Shown here in pieces: positions 18,180-26,516 of a stretch of DNA of 32,052 nucleotides. Numbering within the stretch: the first letter of the stretch is position 1; each line of letters opens with the position of its first letter. Below the pieces are notes generated by a model. The model ran no database searches and was not told the DNA's origin. It saw only the letters and a program-made list of their open reading frames with translations. The position numbers and the translations under genes are program-made. This DNA is from a virus (lineage: Duplodnaviria > Heunggongvirae > Uroviricota > Caudoviricetes): IMG/VR virus record IMGVR_UViG_2548876861_000008. One strand, given 5' to 3'.

Positions 18180-18624
18180 GTTTAAGCGTTTTGAAGACCG
18201 GCTGACCGGACTGATTGAATCGCTGTCACCGTCAGGGCGTCGGCGACTGAGCGCCGAACTGGCGAAACGTCTGCGGCAGAGTCAGCAGCGTCGGGTGATG
18301 GCTCAGAAAGCCCCGGACGGCACACCCTACGCGCCACGCCAGCAGCAGAGCGCCAGAAAAAAGACTGGTCGTGTTAAGCGAAAAATGTTTGCGAAACTTA
18401 TCACCAGTCGTTTTTTGCATATCCGCGCCAGCCCGGAACAGGCATCAATGGAGTTTTACGGCGGGAAGTCACCGAAAATCGCCAGCGTGCATCAGTTCGG
18501 TCTGTCGGAAGAAAACCGGAAAGACGGTAAGAAAATTGATTATCCGGCGCGTCCTCTGCTCGGCTTTACCAGTGAGGATGTGCAGATGATTGAAGAGATT
18601 ATCCTGGCTCACCTCGACCGTTAG
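18172..18624 (+). CDS. S: tail completion protein S
   Basis: 150 aa as P2 gpS. Confidence 0.8.
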   Translation: MNEFKRFEDRLTGLIESLSPSGRRRLSAELAKRLRQSQQRRVMAQKAPDGTPYAPRQQQSARKKTGRVKRKMFAKLITSRFLHIRASPEQASMEFYGGKSPKIASVHQFGLSEENRKDGKKIDYPARPLLGFTSEDVQMIEEIILAHLDR

Positions 18625-18690
18625 TTGTGCCATTCCTGACACCTCATCGTCACATTGCCGCCGGTATGACCCGGCGGCATCCTTCCCGTT

Positions 18691-19326
18691 ATGAACACTC
18701 TCGCAAATATTCAGGAACTCGCGCGCGCACTGCGCAACATGATCCGCACCGGCCTTGTCGTCGAAACCGACCTTAACGCCGGTCGCTGCCGTGTGCAGAC
18801 TGGCGGCATGTGCACCGACTGGCTTCAGTGGCTGACCCATCGCGCCGGGCGTTCGCGCACATGGTGGGCACCTTCCGTGGGGGAACAGGTGCTGATTCTG
18901 GCCGTGGGTGGTGAACTCGACACGGCGTTCGTTCTGCCGGGGATTTATTCCGGCGATAACCCCGCGCCGTCTGCGTCGGCGGATGCCCTGCATATCCGTT
19001 TCCCTGACGGGGCGGTGATTGAGTATGAACCCGAAACCAGTGCACTCACGGTAAGCGGAATTAAAACGGCCAGCGTGACGGCTTCTGATTCTGTTACTGC
19101 CACGGTGCCGGTGGTCATGGTGAAAGCGTCAACCCGCATCACCCTGGACACCCCGGAGGTGGTCTGCACCAACAGACTGATTACCGGCACGCTGGAAGTG
19201 CAGAAGGGCGGGACGATGCGCGGCAACATTAAACATACCGGCGGTGAACTCTCATCAAACGGTAAGGTACTGCATACCCATAAACACCCCGGCGACAGCG
19301 GCGGCACAACCGGGAGTCCTCTATGA
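18691..19326 (+). CDS. V: baseplate assembly protein V (spike)
   Basis: 211 aa as P2 gpV. Confidence 0.85.
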   Translation: MNTLANIQELARALRNMIRTGLVVETDLNAGRCRVQTGGMCTDWLQWLTHRAGRSRTWWAPSVGEQVLILAVGGELDTAFVLPGIYSGDNPAPSASADALHIRFPDGAVIEYEPETSALTVSGIKTASVTASDSVTATVPVVMVKASTRITLDTPEVVCTNRLITGTLEVQKGGTMRGNIKHTGGELSSNGKVLHTHKHPGDSGGTTGSPL

Positions 19327-19670
19327 CAGCGCGTTATCTTGGAATGAATCGCAGTGATGGCCTGACTGTCACTGACCTTGAGCATATCAGCCAGAGTATC
19401 GGCGATATCCTGCGCACGCCGGTCGGCTCACGGGTGATGCGTCGTGATTACGGCTCATTGCTGGCGTCAATGATTGACCAGCCGCAGACCCCGGCGCTTG
19501 AGTTGCAGATTAAGGTCGCCTGTTACATGGCGGTGCTGAAATGGGAACCCCGCGTCACCCTGTCATCCGTCACCACTGAGCGCAGTTTTGACGGGCGAAT
19601 GACGGTCACGTTAACCGGCCAGCACAACGACACCGGCCAGCCACTTTCGTTAACCATCCCTGTGAGTTGA
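19323..19670 (+). CDS. W: baseplate protein W
   Basis: 115 aa as P2 gpW; GpW/gp25-like. Confidence 0.85.
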   Translation: MTARYLGMNRSDGLTVTDLEHISQSIGDILRTPVGSRVMRRDYGSLLASMIDQPQTPALELQIKVACYMAVLKWEPRVTLSSVTTERSFDGRMTVTLTGQHNDTGQPLSLTIPVS

Positions 19671-19674
19671 AACC

Positions 19675-20583
19675 ATGCCGATTATCGACCTGAACCAGCT
19701 ACCCGCACCGGATGTGGTCGAGGAGCTGGACTTTGAAACCATTCTTGCCGAACGCAAGGCGACACTGATTTCCCTTTACCCGGAAGACCAGCAGGAGGCG
19801 GTTGCCCGTACCCTGACGCTGGAATCCGAGCCTCTCGTCAAACTGCTGGAGGAAAATGCTTATCGTGAGCTTATCTGGCGTCAGCGTGTGAATGAGGCCG
19901 CACGGGCGGTAATGCTGGCCTGTGCCGCCGGTAATGACCTTGATGTGATTGGTGCCAATTACAACACCACGCGCCTGATTATCACCCCGGCAGATGATTC
20001 GACCATCCCGCCGACACCGGCAGTGATGGAGTCTGACACCGATTATCGTCTGCGTATTCAGCAGGCGTTTGAGGGCTTAAGCGTCGCCGGGTCGGTGGGA
20101 GCCTATCAGTATCATGGTCGCAGTGCCGACGGGCGTGTCGCGGATATTTCTGTCACCAGTCCGTCTCCGGCCTGCGTCACCATCTCTGTGCTGTCACGTG
20201 AAAATAACGGTGTGGCATCCGAAGACCTGCTGGCGGTGGTGCGCAACGCCCTTAATGGTGAGGACGTCAGACCGGTGGCCGACCGTGTGACCGTGCAGTC
20301 TGCCGTCATCGTTGAATACCAGATAAATGCCACGCTTTACCTTTATCCTGGCCCCGAAAGCGAACCCATTCGCGCTGCCGCCGTGAAAAAACTGGAAGCG
20401 TATATCACGGCACAGCACCGGCTGGGGCGCGACATCCGACTGTCTGCCATTTATGCCGCTTTGCATGTGGAAGGCGTGCAGCGTGTCGAACTGGCTGCAC
20501 CGCTGGCCGACATCGTGCTCAACAATACGCAGGCGTCTTTCTGTACCGAATACAGCGTCGTGACCGGAGGCTCGGATGAGTGA
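19675..20583 (+). CDS. J: baseplate protein J
   Basis: 302 aa as P2 gpJ. Confidence 0.85.
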   Translation: MPIIDLNQLPAPDVVEELDFETILAERKATLISLYPEDQQEAVARTLTLESEPLVKLLEENAYRELIWRQRVNEAARAVMLACAAGNDLDVIGANYNTTRLIITPADDSTIPPTPAVMESDTDYRLRIQQAFEGLSVAGSVGAYQYHGRSADGRVADISVTSPSPACVTISVLSRENNGVASEDLLAVVRNALNGEDVRPVADRVTVQSAVIVEYQINATLYLYPGPESEPIRAAAVKKLEAYITAQHRLGRDIRLSAIYAALHVEGVQRVELAAPLADIVLNNTQASFCTEYSVVTGGSDE

Positions 20584-21187
20584 TTCGCGACTGCTGCCGA
20601 CCGGCTCATCACCGCTTGAAGTCGCTGCCGCAAAAGCCTGTGCGGAAATTGAAAAAACGCCGGTCAGTATTCGTGAGCTGTGGAACCCGGACACCTGTCC
20701 GGCAAATCTGCTGCCGTGGCTGGCGTGGTCATTTTCGGTTGACCGCTGGGATGATAAGTGGCCGGAAGCGACAAAACGCGCTGTTATCCGCGATGCGTAT
20801 TTCATTCACTGCCATAAGGGCACTATAGGCGCAATCCGGCGTGTGGTGGAGCCGCTCGGCTATCTGATTGAGGTGAGGGAGTGGTGGCAGCTCAACGAGG
20901 AGCCGGGGACGTTCCGCATCGTTGTTGGCGTGCTTGAGCAGGGTATTACCGAGGAAATGTATCAGGAGCTGGAGCGCCTCGTTGCTGATGCAAAACCGGC
21001 AAGCCGCCATCTGACGGGACTGGCTATCAGTTTAAGTACAACCGGCAACATTTTTGCCGGTGCGGGATGCTATCACGGTGACGCTCTGACGGTTTATCCC
21101 TACACCCCGGAGGCCATTATTGTCGGAGGGGATTATTTCCCGGCCTCGGCCATTCATTTAATTGATAACCTGAGAGTAAACGCATGA
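20576..21187 (+). CDS. I: baseplate/tail protein I
   Basis: 203-aa ORF between J and H; translationally coupled. Confidence 0.8.
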   Translation: MSDSRLLPTGSSPLEVAAAKACAEIEKTPVSIRELWNPDTCPANLLPWLAWSFSVDRWDDKWPEATKRAVIRDAYFIHCHKGTIGAIRRVVEPLGYLIEVREWWQLNEEPGTFRIVVGVLEQGITEEMYQELERLVADAKPASRHLTGLAISLSTTGNIFAGAGCYHGDALTVYPYTPEAIIVGGDYFPASAIHLIDNLRVNA

Positions 21188-22383
21188 CAGTGAAATACTA
21201 CGCCATTCTGACTAATCAGGGCGCAGCACGGCTGGCTAACGCGACGATGCTCGGCAGTAAGCTGAATCTGACGCAAATGGCCGTTGGTGATGCGAATGGT
21301 GTCTTGCCGACACCAGACCCGGCACAGACAAAACTGATTAACCAGAAACGCATCGCGCCGCTGAATCTTCTGAGTGTTGACCCGAACAACCAGAGCCAGA
21401 TTATTGCGGAGCAAATCATCCCTGAGAACGAGGGCGGATTCTGGATCCGTGAGATTGGGCTTTATGATGATGAAGGCGTACTCATTGCGGTGGCGAACTG
21501 CCCGGAAACGTACAAACCGCAGTTGCAGGAAGGCAGTGGTCGTACCCAGACTATCCGCATGATTCTGGTTGTCACGAATACCGAAGCTATCACGCTGAAA
21601 ATCGACCCGTCGGTGGTACTGGCGACCCGTAAATACGTGGATGATGAAGTCCTGGAATTAAAGCTGTATGTGGATGACCAGATGAGAAACCACATTGCCG
21701 CACAGGATCCTCATACCCAGTATGCGCAGAAACATAATCCGACATTTACCGGAGAACCAAAAGCGCCGACGCCTGCCGCAGGAAATAACACCACGCGGAT
21801 TGCGACCACTGAGTTTGTTCAGGCCGCTATTACCGCTCTGATTAACGGTGCGCCAGCCACGCTGGACACACTGAAAGAAATTGCCGCAGCCATTAACAAT
21901 GACCCGAAATTCAGTACCACCATTAACAATGCGCTGTCAGGTAAGCAGCCACTGGATGAGACGCTGACTCATTTGAGTGGAAAGGATGTTGCCGGTCTTC
22001 TCGCATACCTTGGTTTGGGAGAAGCGGCAAAACGGAATGTAGGAACAGGGGAAAATCAGATACCGGACATGACCTCTTTTGCCAGTGGTGATGGATGGAT
22101 GAAATTACCCAACGGGAAAATCCTGCAATATGGTCGTGGTGCGATTACGCCGACATTATCGACGCAAACAATGAGAATTACATTCAGCATCCCTTTTCCT
22201 AAAAAAGTGGACTGCGCCATGCTTACCCATTCTGGTGATGGTGGTGCGCCTTTAGGCGCTGGACGGGGATTCGTGATGACTGCAGAAGGTCCAACACTAA
22301 CCGGTTTTAATTCCGCTTACAGAACTGCATCAACCAGCTCCACAGTATCGATGAATTACAGTTGGTGGGCTGTTGGTGAGTAA
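21184..22383 (+). CDS. H: tail fibre protein H (currently expressed variable C-terminus)
   Basis: 399 aa; N-terminus has the conserved P2-H-like AVANCPETYKPQLQEGSGR region; 3' part lies inside the invertible segment. Confidence 0.85.
   Translation: MTVKYYAILTNQGAARLANATMLGSKLNLTQMAVGDANGVLPTPDPAQTKLINQKRIAPLNLLSVDPNNQSQIIAEQIIPENEGGFWIREIGLYDDEGVLIAVANCPETYKPQLQEGSGRTQTIRMILVVTNTEAITLKIDPSVVLATRKYVDDEVLELKLYVDDQMRNHIAAQDPHTQYAQKHNPTFTGEPKAPTPAAGNNTTRIATTEFVQAAITALINGAPATLDTLKEIAAAINNDPKFSTTINNALSGKQPLDETLTHLSGKDVAGLLAYLGLGEAAKRNVGTGENQIPDMTSFASGDGWMKLPNGKILQYGRGAITPTLSTQTMRITFSIPFPKKVDCAMLTHSGDGGAPLGAGRGFVMTAEGPTLTGFNSAYRTASTSSTVSMNYSWWAVGE
22010..22043. repeat. Left 34-bp inverted repeat / crossover site of the invertible tail-fibre segment (ttggtttgggagaagcggcaaaacggaatgtagg)
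   Basis: Exact reverse-complement copy at 23569..23602, verified base by base. Confidence 0.75.
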
Positions 22384-22394
22384 TTTTATTCAGG

Positions 22395-22847
22395 GTGATT
22401 TATATGAACGAATATGTTTATAGCGCAAGGCATAATGCTTTTTTCCCTGTGGATATGATTGATAAATATAAATCAGAGGGATGGGATTTATCAGACGCAA
22501 AGGAAGTAAATCAAAATATTATCAGTGAGTTTATGGCTGAACCGCCACAAGGAAAAATCCGTATTGCCGGAGATGATGGGCTGCCTGCGTGGGCAGATAT
22601 TCCTCCACCCACGCATGAAGAGCTTATTGAAATTACTGAATCAGAAAGACAGCTACTAATTAACCAGGCTAACGAATACATGAACAGCAAGCAATGGCCT
22701 GGCAAAGCAGCTATTGGTCGTCTGAAAGGTGAGGAACTGGCGCAATATAATTTGTGGCTGGATTACCTGGACGCACTGGAACTGGTGGGTACCTCCAGTG
22801 CTCCAGATATTGAATGGCCTACACCTCCGGTAACTCAGGCCAGCTAA
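22395..22847 (+). CDS. G: tail fibre assembly protein (active-orientation copy)
   Basis: 150-aa ORF directly after H; C-terminus (DIEWPTPP) parallels the convergent minus-strand copy. Confidence 0.75.
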   Translation: MIYMNEYVYSARHNAFFPVDMIDKYKSEGWDLSDAKEVNQNIISEFMAEPPQGKIRIAGDDGLPAWADIPPPTHEELIEITESERQLLINQANEYMNSKQWPGKAAIGRLKGEELAQYNLWLDYLDALELVGTSSAPDIEWPTPPVTQAS

Positions 22848-23244
22848 TCTCAGGAGCCGTCGAAGTGTCGACGGCTTTTACTTCTTTTTTGTAGTCCATC
22901 CAGGCAGATAGTTTTTCTTTATCTGTACTGCTAATATCACCAAGCATTAATTCCACTCGCCAGTCAGCTGTGACATTATCGGCATGAGCAAGTAACTGCA
23001 TTCGCTGATTTTCCGCACGTGCGACATAATCAATCGCCGGGGATTTTAGTACCGGTAAACCATTTTCATCTGACGTGATTAATTTACCCCCTTCCTGCTG
23101 TCCGGCAATTAATTCATTGTATAAGTCTGTACTTATCTCAACAATGTCAGCAGGCATGTCGCTGTTTATACCATCAAAGAAAAAACCATTAGTCGATTTT
23201 GAGAAATAAATCATAGATATACCTATACACCGATTGCTACCCAA
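22819..23244 (-). CDS. alternative tail fibre assembly protein (inverted-orientation copy)
   Basis: 141-aa minus-strand ORF convergent with G and overlapping it by about 29 bp; C-terminus (EISWPELPEV) similar to G. Confidence 0.7.
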   Translation of the reverse strand: MGSNRCIGISMIYFSKSTNGFFFDGINSDMPADIVEISTDLYNELIAGQQEGGKLITSDENGLPVLKSPAIDYVARAENQRMQLLAHADNVTADWRVELMLGDISSTDKEKLSAWMDYKKEVKAVDTSTAPEISWPELPEV

Positions 23245-23602
23245 AAACAGGATCTTTCATATTTGACAATTTCTCCCTGAGATATACCGCCAACAATTAT
23301 ATAGAACTGTGATTTGCTGATATCAGAACAGTTCGCTATGCCCATTGCAGATATACCAGCCACCGACGTTGTATGTGGCACAGCCAACAGCGCAAGTGAA
23401 CGATTTGGGAATGTTACCGGGTAAGTCACCGTATAGTTTGATGCTCCACTGACAATACCCCACTGAATAATCAGACCTGAAGGAAGTTTTTGAAAACCCG
23501 TTGATGAAAGTGAACTGGCAAACGCCGCCATATCCGGAATTTGGTTTTGCCCGTTACCTACATTCCGTTTTGCCGCTTCTCCCAAACCAACGTTTATGAA
23601 AA
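23223..23602 (-). CDS. alternative tail-fibre C-terminal cassette (promoterless; would fuse to H constant region after inversion)
   Basis: Minus-strand ORF begins with the same LGLGEAAKRNVG peptide encoded by the inverted repeat and ends in a different receptor-binding-like tail. Confidence 0.6.
23569..23602. repeat. Right 34-bp inverted repeat / crossover site
   Basis: Reverse complement of 22010..22043. Confidence 0.75.
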
Positions 23603-23657
23603 TGCAGAGATAACGGGCAAGTGGCATCATCTCCGGTTTTTATTCAGGGGGATGCTC

Positions 23658-24251
23658 ATGCTTATTGGCTATGTACGCGTGTCGACAAATGACCAGAACA
23701 CGGAATTGCAGCGTAACGCGCTGAAGTGCGCAGGATGTGAGCTGATTTTTGAGGACAAAATCAGCGGCACGAAGTCCGACAGGCCGGGACTGAAAAAACT
23801 GCTCAGGACATTATCGGAGGGGGATACACTGGTAGTCTGGAAGCTGGACCGGCTGGGGCGTAGTATGCGGCATCTGGTCATTCTGGTTGAGGAACTGCGC
23901 GAACGCGGCGTTAATTTTCGCAGCCTGACAGATGCTATTGATACCAGCACGCCGATGGGGCGTTTTTTCTTTCATGTGATGGGTGCCCTGGCTGAAATGG
24001 AACGAGAGCTCATTGTCGAGCGGACTCGGGCCGGGCTGGAAGCGGCCAGAGCCAAAGGTCGTATTGGTGGCAGACGTCCTAAACTCACCGCGAGTGAGTG
24101 GGAGCAGGCCGGGCGTTTGCTGGCTGCAGGGGAGTCACGTCAACGCGTGGCACTGATTTTTGATATTGGTCTGTCCACGCTCTATAAAAAATTTCCCTCA
24201 TCAGCGACAAAGAATAAATTGTGTCATCCCTTAGCCAACCGGGACAAATAG
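23658..24251 (+). CDS. Gin/Pin/Cin/Hin-family serine DNA invertase
   Basis: MLIGYVRVSTNDQN... N-terminus with catalytic serine, C-terminal HTH; immediately adjacent to right inverted repeat as gin is to the Mu G segment. Confidence 0.85.
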   Translation: MLIGYVRVSTNDQNTELQRNALKCAGCELIFEDKISGTKSDRPGLKKLLRTLSEGDTLVVWKLDRLGRSMRHLVILVEELRERGVNFRSLTDAIDTSTPMGRFFFHVMGALAEMERELIVERTRAGLEAARAKGRIGGRRPKLTASEWEQAGRLLAAGESRQRVALIFDIGLSTLYKKFPSSATKNKLCHPLANRDK

Positions 24252-24310
24252 CCTGACATCTCCGGCACAACTGAAAATATCACTCACCCATTAACCACGG
24301 AGTTAAACGG

Positions 24311-25501
24311 ATGAGTGACTATCATCACGGCGTGCAGGTGCTGGAGATTAACGACGGCACCCGCGTCATTTCCACCGTATCCACTGCCATTGTCGGCATG
24401 GTCTGCACGGCCAGCGATGCGGATGCGGAAACCTTCCCCCTCAATAAACCGGTACTGATTACCAATGTGCAGAGCGCAATTGCAAAGGCCGGTAAAAAAG
24501 GCACGCTGGCGGCATCGTTGCAGGCCATCGCTGACCAGTCAAAACCGGTCACCGTTGTCGTGCGCGTGGAAGACGGCACCGGCGACGACGAAGAAACGAA
24601 ACTCGCGCAGACCGTTTCCAATATCATCGGCACCACCGACGAAAACGGTCAGTACACCGGACTGAAAGCCCTGCTGGCGGCGGAGTCGGTTACCGGTGTT
24701 AAACCGCGTATTCTTGGTGTGCCGGGACTGGACACCAAAGAGGTGGCGGTTGCACTGGCATCCGTCTGTCAGAAGCTGCGCGCTTTCGGGTATATCAGCG
24801 CATGGGGCTGTAAAACCATTTCCGAGGTGAAAGCCTACCGCCAGAATTTCAGCCAGCGTGAGCTGATGGTCATCTGGCCGGATTTCCTCGCATGGGATAC
24901 GGTCACCAGTACCACCGCCACCGCGTATGCCACCGCCCGTGCGCTGGGGCTGCGCGCTAAAATCGACCAGGAGCAGGGCTGGCATAAAACGCTGTCCAAC
25001 GTCGGGGTGAACGGTGTTACCGGCATCAGCGCATCTGTATTCTGGGATTTGCAGGAGTCCGGCACCGATGCTGACCTGCTTAACGAGTCAGGCGTCACTA
25101 CGCTGATTCGCCGCGACGGTTTCCGCTTCTGGGGTAACCGTACCTGCTCTGATGACCCGCTGTTCCTCTTTGAAAACTACACCCGCACCGCGCAGGTGCT
25201 GGCCGACACGATGGCTGAGGCGCACATGTGGGCGGTGGACAAGCCCATCACCGCAACGCTGATTCGCGACATCGTTGACGGCATCAATGCCAAATTCCGT
25301 GAGCTGAAAACAAACGGCTATATCGTGGATGGCTCATGCTGGTTCAGCGAAGAATCCAACGATGCGGAAACCCTCAAGGCCGGAAAACTGTATATCGACT
25401 ACGACTATACTCCGGTGCCTCCTCTCGAAAACCTGACCCTGCGCCAGCGTATTACCGATAAATACTTGGCGAATCTGGTCACCTCGGTTAACAGCAATTA
25501 A
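24311..25501 (+). CDS. FI: contractile tail sheath protein
   Basis: 396 aa as P2 gpFI. Confidence 0.9.
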   Translation: MSDYHHGVQVLEINDGTRVISTVSTAIVGMVCTASDADAETFPLNKPVLITNVQSAIAKAGKKGTLAASLQAIADQSKPVTVVVRVEDGTGDDEETKLAQTVSNIIGTTDENGQYTGLKALLAAESVTGVKPRILGVPGLDTKEVAVALASVCQKLRAFGYISAWGCKTISEVKAYRQNFSQRELMVIWPDFLAWDTVTSTTATAYATARALGLRAKIDQEQGWHKTLSNVGVNGVTGISASVFWDLQESGTDADLLNESGVTTLIRRDGFRFWGNRTCSDDPLFLFENYTRTAQVLADTMAEAHMWAVDKPITATLIRDIVDGINAKFRELKTNGYIVDGSCWFSEESNDAETLKAGKLYIDYDYTPVPPLENLTLRQRITDKYLANLVTSVNSN

Positions 25502-25513
25502 GGAGCCTGACCG

Positions 25514-26032
25514 ATGGCAATGCCGCGCAAACTCAAGTTAATGAACGTCTTTCTGAACGGCTACAGCTATCAGGGCGTTGCAAAGTCCGTCACGCTGCCA
25601 AAACTGACCCGTAAGCTCGAAAACTATCGCGGTGCGGGGATGAACGGCAGCGCACCGGTAGACCTCGGCCTTGATGACGATGCGCTGTCAATGGAGTGGT
25701 CGCTCGGGGGCTTCCCGGATTCGGTTATCTGGGAGCTTTACGCCGCAACCGGCGTGGATGCCGTGCCGATTCGTTTTGCAGGCTCTTACCAGCGCGACGA
25801 TACCGGCGAAACGGTGGCCGTCGAAGTGGTCATGCGTGGACGTCAGAAAGAAATCGACACCGGCGAGGGCAAACAGGGAGAAGACACCGAGTCGAAAATC
25901 TCCGTGGTCTGCACCTATTTCCGGCTGACGATGGACGGTAAGGAGCTGGTCGAAATCGACACCATCAACATGATTGAGAAAGTGAACGGCGTCGACCGGC
26001 TGGAGCAACACCGCCGCAATATCGGCCTGTGA
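25514..26032 (+). CDS. FII: tail tube protein
   Basis: 172 aa as P2 gpFII. Confidence 0.9.
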   Translation: MAMPRKLKLMNVFLNGYSYQGVAKSVTLPKLTRKLENYRGAGMNGSAPVDLGLDDDALSMEWSLGGFPDSVIWELYAATGVDAVPIRFAGSYQRDDTGETVAVEVVMRGRQKEIDTGEGKQGEDTESKISVVCTYFRLTMDGKELVEIDTINMIEKVNGVDRLEQHRRNIGL

Positions 26033-26088
26033 TTTTCATCCGGTCAGCCTGGCTGACCGGTTAACCCCGATTCAGAAGTGAGAAAACC

Positions 26089-26364
26089 ATGAACAAAGAA
26101 AATGTGATTACCCTGGACAATCCGGTCAAGCGTGGTGAGCAGGTTATCGAACAGGTCACGCTGATGAAACCTAATGCCGGGACGCTGCGCGGTGTCAGTC
26201 TGGCTGCGGTCGCAAACTCCGAAGTCGATGCACTGATTAAGGTGCTGCCGCGCATGACGGCACCGATGCTGACCGAGCAGGAAGTCGCCGCGCTGGAACT
26301 GCCTGACCTTGTGGCGCTGGCCGGTAAGGTGGTCGGTTTTTTGTCGCCGAACTCGGTGCAGTGA
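26089..26364 (+). CDS. E: tail assembly chaperone E
   Basis: 91 aa as P2 gpE; contains T6G slippery site near 3' end. Confidence 0.8.
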   Translation: MNKENVITLDNPVKRGEQVIEQVTLMKPNAGTLRGVSLAAVANSEVDALIKVLPRMTAPMLTEQEVAALELPDLVALAGKVVGFLSPNSVQ

Positions 26365-26516
26365 CGTTTCCGAAAAATCTCTCGGTCGATGACCTGATGG
26401 CAGATGTGGCTGTGATATTTCACTGGCCGCCATCAGAACTGTATCCCATGAGCCTGACCGAACTCATCACATGGCGCGAAAAGGCGCTCCGGCGAAGCGG
26501 AAACACGAATGAGTAA
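26089..26516 (+). CDS. tail assembly chaperone E+E' (programmed -1 frameshift product; shift at 26337..26343)
   Basis: Slippery heptamer T TTT TTG at 26337..26343 in E frame; the -1 frame stays open for 58 further codons to TAA at 26514..26516, overlapping the T start (checked codon by codon). Confidence 0.55.

Noticed and set aside
18469-19385. Minus-strand ORFs (174 aa, 146 aa) overlapping S, V and W
   Set aside because: Antisense shadow ORFs within conserved baseplate genes
24085-24270. 61-aa minus-strand ORF overlapping the 3' end of the invertase gene
   Set aside because: Antisense to the invertase with no ribosome-binding context; likely spurious
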